A stretch of 59,167 nt of DNA, filler included, from Sphacelaria rigidula (lineage: Eukaryota), in assembly GCA_964200075.2 (NCBI GenBank). It is 8 parts of 8 records of this genome, joined end to end, with 100 filler letters (N's around TTAATTAATTAA, not from the genome) between each part and the next. Parts side by side here need not be neighbours in the genome. Positions count along the whole stretch, not along the records: positions 37,044 to 44,351 come from CAXNAA020015516.1; positions 44,452 to 51,759 come from CAXNAA020015517.1; positions 51,860 to 59,167 come from CAXNAA020015518.1; 5 more parts are not named here. One strand, given 5' to 3'. The notes below the pieces were generated by a model. The model did not search any database, was not told the origin of the DNA, and worked only from the letters and a program-made list of their open reading frames with translations. How positions within the stretch are numbered: position 1 is the first letter of the stretch; each line of letters begins with the position of its first letter. The translations under genes and the position numbers were made by a program. Below, piece after piece: positions 40,261 to 53,439 of this stretch.

Positions 40261-40832
40261 AGATCGGGCACTAGAAGACGCTACGGCGTACCGACTATTT
40301 TACAATGAAAGCCGACCTGTGTCACAAACGTCAAGGCGCCGCCGTGAACCCGAGTTGTAAGGTGTCGGAAAATGTCAAGGAGACAAAAATATTATACAAT
40401 TATTCACGTTCATCGTGAGAGACGTGTTATCATCAGTAAGCGTTCCCGACGCATCCCCCCCAACACTGTCAAATCCTCGAACATCACCGGGATTGACGAC
40501 ACCCCAACTCGTTGTGCTGCATCTACTACCGTAAAGTTTGGAAAACCCAGCTGTCAAGAAAATACGCTCATCGAATAACGCCCCCCACCTACGGTGGTGA
40601 CCGCCACTCTGAGGGCGCAAGGGGGGGCAACTTCATTGGCAAGCGGAAGTTTCAGGCATACTGTACCTGTACGTTTGTTTATCACAGACAGGTACAAGGT
40701 ATGCCGCTGACACTAAGCGCCAAAAAAAGTTGTAGCCGACTCACCTGCCGCATACCCTGATGCTGGTAAAAGAACAGACAACTTCTTCTCTCCTCAAACA
40801 TTGTACAACAACATCCTCGTGTAAACCAGATC

Positions 40833-41050
40833 GTGTATGATGTTCAGATCCCAGACCATTTCCTAGCTGCCATCATAGAAACTCTGTTGTATGGATGTGT
40901 CATATGGACGCTGCGTTCTGAGGACTTCGGTAGCCTGCGCATTGCCCTCCACAAACTGTTGTTGCGAGTGGGTGGATGTCATGGGAAAGATCGGACGGGC
41001 TACAAGACTCTTTGTACAGAGCTGTGCTCGAGATGGCCAACTGCGAGTGT
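40833..41050 (+). mobile_element. LINE (RTE-like) ORF2 C-terminal fragment
   Basis: IIETLLYGCVIWTLR...HKLLLRV, matching the post-RT LLYGCExW motif. Confidence 0.65.
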
Positions 41051-41054
41051 ATCG

Positions 41055-41295
41055 AGACCACCTCACTCCAGCCTGCCCTTTCGTTACTTTCTTCCATACA
41101 GCCCTATCAACTACGGCAGGTAATCTCTTCATCTGAATCTTCTTCGCTCTATGTTTCCATCTAAGGTTTCTCATGTATGTTTCAAGTGGGTAAGTTCCCA
41201 ACTCTGCCATGAACCCTGTATTAATCGTCCCTTTCGAGCACCCAAGTAGTTTCTTAGCTGCTGCATACTGTACTGTTTCCAACTTCTTCGCCAAC
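41055..41295 (-). mobile_element. LINE ORF2 C-terminal fragment, second family
   Basis: KLETVQYAAAKKLLGC..AELGTYPL..LRWKHR..RLPAVV..GQAGVRW. Confidence 0.65.
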
Positions 41296-41441
41296 TTTAC
41301 GGGGGAGGGGGAGGGTATAAACCGATTCCAAAGTAAGGGTGCGCGTGCGTCTATTTCCTGTTACACCTCGCGTGTTGAGGGGCACCCCTTTCACATATAA
41401 CACAGCCAACAATACAATAGATGACCCTCTTAAAGAGCATT

Positions 41442-41845
41442 GATCCGTTTTTGAGGTTCAACATTTTAATGAGCTTCAACTCGAAAACAGTGCTTTCCCT
41501 GACCCAAAGTCATGACCAATGAATTTCATATGGACGACCTCATACCCCCGGACCTCCGCAAAACTATTTCGGGGGTTGCCCGTCTTCCGTGCCCCCAAGG
41601 TTTATATGCGAAAGCGCCAATTTGGGGCTAAAAACGTCCACTTTTTCTCCCCGATATCGAGGCGAAAAGGTGCTTTCGCACATACGCTTTGGGGGCACGG
41701 AAAATGGGCAACCCCCGAAATAGTTTCAAGGAGGTCGGGGGGCATGAGGTCGTTTTTATGAAATTCATTGGTCATGACTTTGGATCAGGGAAAGCACTGT
41801 TTTCGAGTTGAAACTCATAAAAATGTTGAACCTCAAAAACGGATC
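41442..41845. mobile_element. Foldback MITE of about 400 bp (long imperfect palindrome)
   Basis: Arms gatccgtttttgaggttcaacattt...caaagtcatgaccaatgaatttcata and their reverse complements; a related end fragment lies at about 22084-22127. Confidence 0.85.
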
Positions 41846-42529
41846 CAGGATCTTGTTTACATTTGCGTGTTTGAAAGGATATGAAACCACTTTCATCCCC
41901 GGTCGCGGAGAGACGGAGGCTACAAATCAATAGGGTGGGGATCGGGTGTTTGAGCGGTACATTTCACGTTAGATGTGACTCCCGTTGAGGAGAGGATGCC
42001 TTGATTCCGCTCCTGGGTGAGAAACTACTTTTCATTTGTTCCCGCTTCTCACAGTTTCGGTATATCGACTGAAAGGTATCAATCATAGCCAAGGGCATCT
42101 CCATCCTTACACCTCAGACCAAGACAATGAATACGAGTATCATGGGTAAGTTCACGGCAAACTCCCCTGCGCTCTGCCCCGCTACGCACCCGGCACCATA
42201 ACCCAACTTGACCAATGTCTTGATGCTAGTCATATGCACCCTGAATAAAATAATGGACTTGATGTGTTTCGACATTTGTTGAACCCAAACCAGTCAAAAA
42301 TGTGGACCATTCGACCCTGCGGAAGTACCCCGGGATACGCTCGCTAACGGATTCTACTCGATCAAGCCATCTCGGACCCAATCATATATGATAGACCAAT
42401 GATTCCGAAGAGCTTCAGAAACGAAAGCCAAACCAGGATTCTGCATGAATACACTACATTGATATCGACACCGCTCGCACAATCTATTACCTGCAGTGCC
42501 CACATACCTACGGCGCAGGGAGTATTCGC

Positions 42530-43817
42530 TTAGGTCGGGCGGCACGCAGCAGGCGGAGGGCAGGGGGCACGTACGCAGACCACGGACGTGTCGAGGTAGC
42601 ACTCCTCATCTTTACGACAAAGCCTCGGGTCGCAGAAATCAGCGCAGTACGGTTCTTCATCTTCGGTGCCTTCAAGGTATATCAGGCACTCCTGTACATG
42701 GTTCATGATCGGAGCAGTAAGAAAAACCATCATGACGTAACTGTTGTTGATGGCTTGAAAGGTCGGAAGCTATGCACGATGCGAAGACAATATTTCATTG
42801 TTTAGCGTCGTATATCATCGCGGGTTAGGATTTGAAGCGTTTTGGGTTCGTCGCGTCCGGTCGAGGCGATGTTAGATGGAGACCACGACAAAATCACAAT
42901 GAAGCGGGTCACGTTCGACGGGTGTATCATCCGCTGGATAAACCAGCAACGATTCTACACGATACATTCGGATGTTGTTTCGAACGACTTCGCATACCTA
43001 GCTCGTACTCGGTTCAAGTCATGAGCATGATGAGGCGTTTTGCTCCCAAATATCGGTTCCAAATACTGCTTCTGTAGAGAACTCTGATACCCTCACCGCC
43101 ATTACTGTAGCAGGGACAATCCCGCCACACACCTGAAATTCCCTGCAGTTGCCATCGCATGGGTCTTCCACTATGGGCGAGCACTTGGCCTCGGGTGGGC
43201 ACACGACTGTGGGAAGGGCAATGCAGAAGCGGGGCTCGAGCGTGCACACCTCGTCCTTTGCACACGGGCTTGGATCGCACACATCGGCGCAGTAGTGCTG
43301 CTCGAGATCAGTGCCCTCAAGGTGTACCAGGCATTCCTGTTCGGCACAACAGGCAACGGGAGAATGTCGTGTAGTCCATCGCAGAGTAAGGGGCATAGTG
43401 ACCACCGGAACGCAACTTATTGACCAGAGCGTAGTTTGCTTCCCCAGCCAAACCCAGGTGCACGACTACAAAATTGACCAAGAATTCCCGATACGCACCT
43501 GAAATATGGTGCAGTCCTCACACGTGTTGTAGTTCCCGCATCCCTCTTGGAGGAGCATCAGGTCGTCATCGGTCACCTGATCCCAGGGCCTGAATCCACC
43601 ACACAGACCCACGGCACGAAGTTCGTCGTTTTCATCGCGGATAAGGTCGATGAAGTACTCTGATCCGATGTCCATGTCGATGCCGCAGGAGTCACTGCTT
43701 GCTTCGGTGACGATTTTGAGCACTCCAGCGTAGATGACATCGGGTTCGGATTTGTATCGTGTAACGGTTTCGACGGTGAAGGTTACATCACCGTCGGCAG
43801 AAATCTCTCCGTCCGAC
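42530..43817 (-). CDS. TIMP/NTR-like domain plus Cys-rich repeat protein, 3' part (exons 43499-43817, 43133-43336, 42530-42691)
   Basis: GT-AG phase-compatible exons; TIMP-like VTEASSDSCGIDMDIGSEYFI..GLCGGFRPWDQV; two homologous exons ECLxxLEGT..YCADxCDP..C.KDE.C.L...C....CPP.A.C; stop at 42530. Confidence 0.8.
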
Positions 43818-43996
43818 CTATGAAACGGTACGATATGTAGGGAAACACAAACGGCACAAGAAGGGGAGGGGCGAGCAGGGTGCATTCCTTCATCATGTGT
43901 TGACATGCTGAGACGCCATGCTGTCTAGAAAACAGCATGCGCGAATCGTGGTGTGCACAGCTGGTAGTTGGAAGGGCTAATGAAGAAAGGGAGCGG

Positions 43997-44251
43997 AGCA
44001 ATGCTACGGTAGGGGTGCACCTTTTGCGCCAAATCTTTGTCTGGTTCAGGGGCTCCTAATGATTCTAGATGCACAAGGATATGGGTCAGGGCATCCTCAT
44101 TTGCAAATTCATGCGGGATATCCTCAGCACATTGGGATATTAATCCTGGCGTACGCTCGCATATTTCATAAGTCGTGTTTAGGATGAGATGAAGGGTTCC
44201 TGACAATTTCGACGTTGGAAAATATTCGTGCACCCCTACCGTAGCATTGCT
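43997..44251. mobile_element. MITE with perfect 24-bp inverted ends
   Basis: AGCAATGCTACGGTAGGGGTGCAC at 43997-44020 and its exact reverse complement at 44228-44251. Confidence 0.75.
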
Positions 44252-44973
44252 TCGTCTCGAAAGGGATGTGTGGTCAACGGTCACACGACTAAGAACAGTG
44301 TTTTCGTGAGATTGAGAGTAGTTGATACGATTGAGAGTGAAAAGCGGTCAANNNNNNNNNNNNNNNNNNNNNNNNNNNNNNNNNNNNNNNNNNNNTTAAT
44401 TAATTAANNNNNNNNNNNNNNNNNNNNNNNNNNNNNNNNNNNNNNNNNNNNCTATTCCTTACCAGACACATTACCAAAGTAAAGAAAGAAAATAAGAAGA
44501 GCGACGCCACGAAAAACGATGAGAAGTAGCTCCCCCGAGTTTAACGGGGAGAGAAAAGAAAGAAAGAAGAACAAAAACAAACGCCAGATCTGTCAAAAGT
44601 GTACACCGAAAGGAATGAAGAGGGAAGATAATAAAGGACGAAACAGGAAGAGAGGTGACACACGGAGAGTAGTATGGCCACCATGTTAGGGGTTCAGCTC
44701 AAAAACAAAAAACAAGAACAACCCCAGGCACCTCATGTACAACTACCACAGCTGTTCGCAGAAAAGCAGCAGCGAGTTTACTGCTCGCATGGACTACAGG
44801 TTGCTTTTTAGAGGTCCTCGGTCGGCATTGGGGGAGCTCTAGAGGAGGTACAGCAAACAAATGAGTATGTACTCATAATCCAATGTCAAAGGTTACGGTT
44901 CGTCTTGTCCCGAACGTGAGATGTCCGTTCGCTTTTTCCCCCGATCTCATGGTTGATCCACCCGCACGATTAA

Positions 44974-45153
44974 TCCTTTGACAGCGCGGGTAGATCTCCT
45001 GTATTGGCATCAATTTCACTTCAAGAAAGTATGCGTGGTTCGGATGGACTACCCCGCATCGCGGTCTGAGACGGCGAGAGTATGCCATATGACGAATCGG
45101 CATCAATTTCACTTGAAAAGTTTGCATGATCCAGATAGACGGTGTAACGGTTA
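44974..45153. mobile_element. Degenerate tandem dimer of the piggyBac-like MITE
   Basis: Follows TTAA; ggcatcaatttcactt..aaagt(a/t)tgc occurs twice. Confidence 0.6.
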
Positions 45154-45717
45154 CCATTATTTTTACATCATTTCTTTCTATTTCGAAAACATCAGGTAAT
45201 CCAAGCTCAAGACGGTCCTCCAAATATCGGACATCTGCTCGGTCTGAGGCACGGTCGTTGATATCGCGCTCTTGTGGCTGTTTTGATGAGTACCGCCTTT
45301 ACTCATGTGCCGGTATCGCGGTGTCATTTTGAGTGCGCATCTCGAGTGTGCAGCGAAAAGCGGGACAAAAAAGTGTCTGAGCAAAAATTCTAGCCGGGCG
45401 CAAGGATAGATGATAGATCAGTCGGGTCTCACAGTCACCCGGGTAAGGATGTGATGGATTGGATCAAGGCCACCACGGCACGTATCGTCAATCTTGAAAA
45501 ACACATGGTATCCTACTACGCGGCACCATAGACCAAAAAGGCAACGCAAAGGGAACGGAGTTGATGGGTTGATGGCGGCGGTTGGCGTCTGGAGAATGCT
45601 CCACACGCTGCTCGCTGACGTTCAAAGATGGTCTGTGGCGGTCCTCGCGGCGGGCAGATTTTTTCCAGGGCCCGACACGTCACGGGTTCTAGATGAAAGT
45701 TTCACGTCAAAAGTTAA

Positions 45718-45815
45718 CCCTTAGACCGCGAGGTTAGTCTTCTGTTGGATTGGCATCAATTTCAAGTGAAGAAAAGTATGCATGATCCAGAAAGACTAAT
45801 CTCGCGGCCTAAGGG
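45718..45815. mobile_element. 98-bp piggyBac-like MITE, TTAA TSD
   Basis: TTAA|CCCTTAGACCGCGAG...CTCGCGGCCTAAGGG|TTAA. Confidence 0.9.
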
Positions 45816-46442
45816 TTAAGCGAGGCTAGTAATACGGTGGGGAACCACGTGGGGAGCCCTCGTTCGACTTGACTTTCAAACAGAGCACGCCACGTGGTCC
45901 CGTCCCTCACCGTAGTACTAGCCCGGCTTAACCTTTGACGTGAAACGTTTATCTTGAACTCGTGAGGTTCAGGACCCTGATTTTTTCCCGCTTGTGGTCC
46001 AGCGTGTGTTGGGTTGTCGACTTTAAAAAATAGCATCTATGCCGGGTCAATTATGTTCAACTTTGTGTACCCAGCAAAAAGCAGCACGGCGGCCTCTGAA
46101 TTTCATACGACGAAAATCAGCACCTTTATATTTTCTTTACATGTAGTCCCGTGTGGCACTGCGACACACACTTATATAGGTGACGCACCCCACCGGAGTA
46201 TTGTTGTGCTGCAGTCCCGAGGTCGTACCCGCCCAATACTTGGCAATCGCGCTAAGCCGTTTCACAGAAACAAAGTAGCATGGCCGAGCACACAGAAATC
46301 CCCCGATCACACGTTGAAGAATTGAAGTGCGATACAGTATTTCCGCGATTTACCGCCAGTTGAAAGCGGTCGTGGGTCTAAAAAACATGCCTTGTGTAAA
46401 ATAGTGGTCCTTGGAAGTGTAGACAATCAACCACATGAGAGT

Positions 46443-47523
46443 GGATCCTGAAAAATGGGGTCCATCTCAAACATGAGGTTGAAGTGACATTTCTTTTTTG
46501 CAGGGATGGCGCGAAACTCTCACGACCGAGCGAAGTCATCTTCCCCCACAAATGCCCGCAGCAGTTGAGCAGCTGTGGCTAGGTGCACCTAACAAATGCG
46601 GTGTACATGCGTGTCGATGACGATAGCAGAGAAGTAACGACGGAGAGGAAACTCCACGCCCGTATCTTTTGTGTGTCCTCGCTCAGCGATTACACAACTC
46701 TCGAGAGATTGGCATCATCGATCTTACCAGCATGTTCCCAATTTTCCATGTGCCGAAACATGGAGATGCGGAGAGATTTCCTCTCGTCTTGAAACTGCCT
46801 GTCGAGCTCACCAATGCAAACAACGATTTCTCCCTGCCTCTCCTTTTGGACAGGACGCGCCTCTGTGCGCTGAAAAATATGTCGGTAAAGAACAGGGCTA
46901 TGTTCCCGTCACCGCTACTACTGCTCTCTGTCACACACATGCTAGCAAGGGCGGTGGTGCAGCCGTAACAAATAGATTCCATATGAACTTGGGGGGTGTT
47001 ATTCATCGTTGATTTTACGCACATCTGACCCCGTGGGTGCCCGACGAGAACAGCGTGCCACACACCAGTTGAGGAGGGTGTAAGTATGAGAAATCAACCA
47101 CTTGTAGAGACCTTGACATGCGGAGTGAAAAAAGATACGCATGGTGGTGACCTAACTGTGGCTAGTGTGGCGCATTGGAGTCCGTTCATGCTGCAATCTG
47201 GAGCTCACGCTGGTCGCGTGAACACCTCGGTACAGTACGAGTAGCTTTCCAGAATTATTCCGATGTGGGGAGATTATGCATTACAAGCTGGGACGAGGGT
47301 GCTCTACGATCAACCACTTGTCGTTGCATTTGAGACCCACGCACCAACAACCGACAGCAAAGGTCTTATGGCAGGCAAGCCCGATCGTAGCTAGCTTTCG
47401 TTATTCTACCGTACTTCCTCCCGACCGAAGTTCGCAATAGGTATGAAAACTAAACAGAGTGATTTTTCTCAACTACATCCACCCACTTCAAATGACTCTC
47501 AAGACTTGAGGGAGGATGGCTTC
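46443..47523. repeat. Second copy of the 1.1-kb dispersed repeat
   Basis: Collinear with 37487-38655. Confidence 0.9.
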
Positions 47524-49449
47524 CCTGTCCCCCCACCAGGTTCTAATGAAGGACCGTAGAGGTTTTGCAACCGCCTATAACATTAATGAGGGTACGGAGA
47601 GTTTCTTCTCCATGAAAACACGTGTTTTCCAACCTGCAAAGCGTTTCATGCGCATTGTTTTTTAATACAAACGGTAAACTTGTCGATTTCTGTTCCGTTC
47701 TCCACGGACTGGCTGATGCCAATCCCAGAAAAGCTTGGCATTGCTGTTCGACTGTATCTTCGCGTGTTAAGCCGGACTATTATCAGAGTGCAAGAGGCGG
47801 CATTACAGGCTTGGCTCATTGACTTTTGTGCAAGCGTACTTGTATGTGAGTGTAGGCACAAGTGTGGCACAGGTTGCCTGCCTTTCTATACCGACTGCTC
47901 CTGGTGGGAAATAATGATGCACCGTGCTGCTGTCCGCAGCGATGCCTTGGCGGCCTAGTGTAATGACTGTAGAGAAGGTGTACGACACTGGGTACACACG
48001 ATTCCCACAACATCTATCGTGGTTGGCGAGGACTACAGACGTGACTCATTGCCCGCTGTTCACGTGTGTGTGTTGTGATGGTGTGTGAGTGGTTCAGACA
48101 TTACAAGTTCGGTTCAGCTTGTTATGGCACCTGGAATAAAAACAGCCAAGTTTTTCGAATGAATGCTCAAAGCAGTCTCTATTTCGGTCTCTTCGTAGCA
48201 CATGAACGGGGTTGGCCGGTGTGAGGATTGCCCAGAAAGCAAAGGAAAACCCCTTTCAGCTCGTGCTTCGATAGTTGACTAGTCGTTGGTCCACTGTTGA
48301 AATGCCGCTTCAGCTTCACCCCGTGGCGGGCGATGTTGGGCGATTGTCTAGGGAGCATAGCGGATCATTTCACCAATCAGATGGTCCAAAATGTATCCCC
48401 CCATCAGACCTTGCCGATGTGACAAATATACTCCAATCACGCATGCGCTGGTTAATCTGGAAAGCGTTCGCTGATGATGGAGGAATCTGCACCCCCCACC
48501 CCCATCTACATCATGTGAAACCCCTGGTCTGTAAGACGGGTAAACTGTTCTGAAATGATTCCGGAGGCCAAGTTTCCGGGGAATTTTTTCAACCTTGGGC
48601 CACGGTGTACGAAGACGAAGATATCATTTCGGAATGTCGAATGGATGGTGTATACAGATCAAAGGCCAATGACAAGGCAGCATAAGGTGTGTTCTTGATT
48701 TTTTTACCGCATCATCCATGGTGCAGTGATCTCGAGGATTCGAAAAGTAGGAATATGAAGAATGGGCGGCCGCACGCACCCACGAGTGGGCTACCGTGCA
48801 TAGCCTGCACATGTTTCATATCAACTCCCGAGATCACTGTATCATGGATAATGACAATGATGAACCAAGCACACATCCTATGCTCTCTTGTCAAAATCCT
48901 TTGATACCAAGAGAGTAAAATATCTTACTGTCTCGTCGTAAAGGTGTTGGACACGAGGGATATAAGCCGACCATCCGACACGGAAAGATGCTTCTGGTGA
49001 GTCGCCAAAGGAGAGTATGGTGGACGCTTCTCCCCATGTCCATGTTCAAACCTTTTGGCTGTCGTCTCCGCTTTCGGTTCCCGATTTTGGCTCCTTCACA
49101 AGGCTTTGTAGTGAGAGCCAGCGTAATCGTGTACGAAACTGTTCCGAGTCGGGGTCCTATCGCCAAGACCATATGTGATTACACCACGACGGTGTGACAG
49201 TATCACGGTACCGCAAGTGAACCAGTCGTTCAACCATAGGGTGCCCCTTCGACGAGAAGGTGTTCAAGCAGGATCCGAAGTTGCCGAGTACAAAGTCTGC
49301 GAGTTTCCACGGCCATGGATGCATTTCTCGACCCTTCAATTCCCAAACCGTGACTAAGAGTACTACACCTATCCCCTGCCCTTCGCCACGCCCTTTCGCG
49401 CGCTAAAAAATACATGTCTATTTGTTTTTATTTCTTCGTCATACTCCAG

Positions 49450-51006
<1,557 letters not shown>

Positions 51007-51673
51007 TGACTTGTCGTGATTGTATAGGGGACGTTGATCACGGAATGTCAGGAACTGTCTCCACCCTTTGACCGCCCTTTGTTGATGGTTGTGGTTTGTG
51101 TGCTGACAGTCCCGCTATTCCTCTGGAGGATGGTCTTTGTACGCGTAAATGGGATGGACGCCAAATGGACGTGGGGTGGGGTACGGTAATTGAAGAGGCA
51201 GATATTGAAAACTGGAACTATTTCCATTATCAAGTGCTCGCAGGTGGTACACGCGAGCCTCAACAGTGAAAATGATACCTGTTCAACATATTTACGCATT
51301 TGGGGTGATGAACAGTCGAAGGATGAGAGTAAAGCTGTGCTGCATTCAGAAGCCTTCCCACACGATTTATGAAGAGCGTGTTGAGGGAGGGGAGGGCCCT
51401 CTTTTTTTTTCCTTTTTGGTACGATCGTCCTTTTCGCATGTGTGCTTTGTGTCAAATCTATAGATCGAATCGTGCGTTAAAGTATTCCCCTTCTTTCTTT
51501 TTCATTCCAGAATCGTCATGGGTTTGACATGTGTCTTTATGTGTGTGCGTGTGTTTTTAGTTACGCTGGTTTCGGAGTACCGTAGTGACCGCACACCGAT
51601 GAAAGATTGTGTGGACGGCTATTTTGGCAGTGGGTCAGTATCTGCTATACTGTAGTTGGATACGTGGCGCGTA

Positions 51674-51713
<40 letters not shown>

Positions 51714-52486
51714 GAAGGGGGGGACCCCGCCTCCCTCTTCGTAAAGCGAACCACACCCANNNNNNNNNNNNNNNNNNNNNNNNNNNNNNNNNNNNNNNNN
51801 NNNTTAATTAATTAANNNNNNNNNNNNNNNNNNNNNNNNNNNNNNNNNNNNNNNNNNNNAAAGGGGTAGACTGGCGCCCAGAATAAACGGGACGACAACA
51901 CACACAACACACACACATTGACTGACCTCCCAGGGATCCAGCCATGGTGACATGATAGACGTACCCAAGAAAAAACAAAATTGAAAAACGCGCTGGAGGA
52001 AGGAACAGAAACAATCGAACAGAACGACGTAGTAGACTCAGGATAAAAAGTGAACAAAAACGAAGAACAGAGAGAAATGGCCGATCTAAAACAAAAAAGG
52101 CAAAAAAAAAAAAGAAGAGAAAAGCGAAAAAGACAAACAAAAATGACGGGAAAAGCCCTAGGGATTCAGCGTTCAAGATCAAAACATCACACTCGAGGTA
52201 AGCCAGCACGACGAAGAGAGCATGCAGGTAAACAGATGAAAAATTGAGGATGATGTTGCTTGTACAATATCCGCAACAGTGAGTGGTGGTTACCACTGTA
52301 CAACGCACTTCCACCGCAGGACAAAAAAGATGCCATCCCACGAAAACAGCTCAGCGAAGACACACAAACGCTTACTTGACTTGTGCCTCAGAACCTGTCA
52401 GAGGTTCTTCAGCTCTAATATCTTCACAGAAACTCAACACCCACATGACCATGTAGAAAGGCATCTTGTCCTTTAAAAAAAAAAAC

Positions 52487-53330
52487 TGTTCTGAACCCCA
52501 TATGCAGCAGAGTTGGTTTCAGTTTATCTTTGGGAGGGTTCGCAGCCCAACGGTTGACCTGGTGACAGCATGGCCCGGGAGCGGCCGGGAAAGGGGGAGG
52601 GGTTTACGGATATGCTTTTTCTTGATATATAATGCTATAATACTCCCTCTGTCCGGAAATATAAGATCGGTTAGGATATTCGAAATAGAATATCGGTTTT
52701 GTCGTTGAGGGGCTTACAAAAGGTAATTTTGCACCATTTGACTTTGCCGTGCTTCCATCGGAATACAACTGGAAGATATGGCGTACAACAGGGGATGGTA
52801 AATTTGCATCCCCTCCGAATAATTTTTTTTCTCCGGAGGAATTTTCCGAACATCTGGTCAGTAATGAAACTCGAACGTCGTTTCTTCTCCCGTATGGAGC
52901 GAAGACAAGTTTTTTTTTTTCCAATCTCTTTTTTTAGGTGTAATCTTGGCTATATAGAGCATGTGACACAATTTTGATTAACAAACAAGCATCTTCCCTT
53001 TTGACCGGGAGCAAAATTACAGGGCGACAAAAATCGGCACCTTTGAAACGAAGCAAAGAGCACGAAGAAAAACAAATTGGAAAAAAAAATGTGTTGTTTT
53101 CGAAGAAAAAAGGATGTTTCAGGTAGTAATCGAACTCCCGCCCCAATTTTTCATGAAAAGGTTGACTTGCGAAGCATCTCGTTCGAACCGATCTTCTATT
53201 TCCGGACAGAGAACCGATCTTCTATTTCCGGACAGAGCTGGTATATTTCGTGTTTTTATTGGGGGCTCCGAATCTGAGAAGAATTTGAAATTAGGGTCCA
53301 AGCCCCCTCGGGTTATTCAAATTCAGAAAC
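52487..53330. mobile_element. Non-autonomous DNA-transposon-like element with inverted subterminal repeats
   Basis: ctctgtccggaaatataagatcggtt (about 52647) is inverted relative to a duplicated aaccgatcttctatttccggacagag (about 53187-53237); boundaries are approximate. Confidence 0.5.
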
Positions 53331-53439
53331 GCTAGAGATGTCCTTGCCTTCGTCCTCCGTCGATCCTCCGTGGTACTGTACTGTACTGCACTGTGCTGTA
53401 CTGTGCTGGACGAAGTATTAATACTGTACTGTCCCGTAC

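Noticed and set aside
45006-45765. GGCATCAATTTC (GINF) as the missing upstream DED1 exon
   Set aside because: It is part of the piggyBac-like MITE sequence and lacks splice context.
48275-49357. Short ORFs upstream of the DED1 exon
   Set aside because: No recognisable domains or consistent splice signals; probably intronic or decayed repeat.
51675-51710. Poly-proline ORF / G-quadruplex
   Set aside because: It is a poly-C homopolymer at a contig end, with unreliable length.
52376-52471. Possible next exon of the glycosyltransferase (DKMPFYMVMW...)
   Set aside because: Splice-like ends are present but it lacks the His-containing motif expected after WGxED, so it is unsupported.
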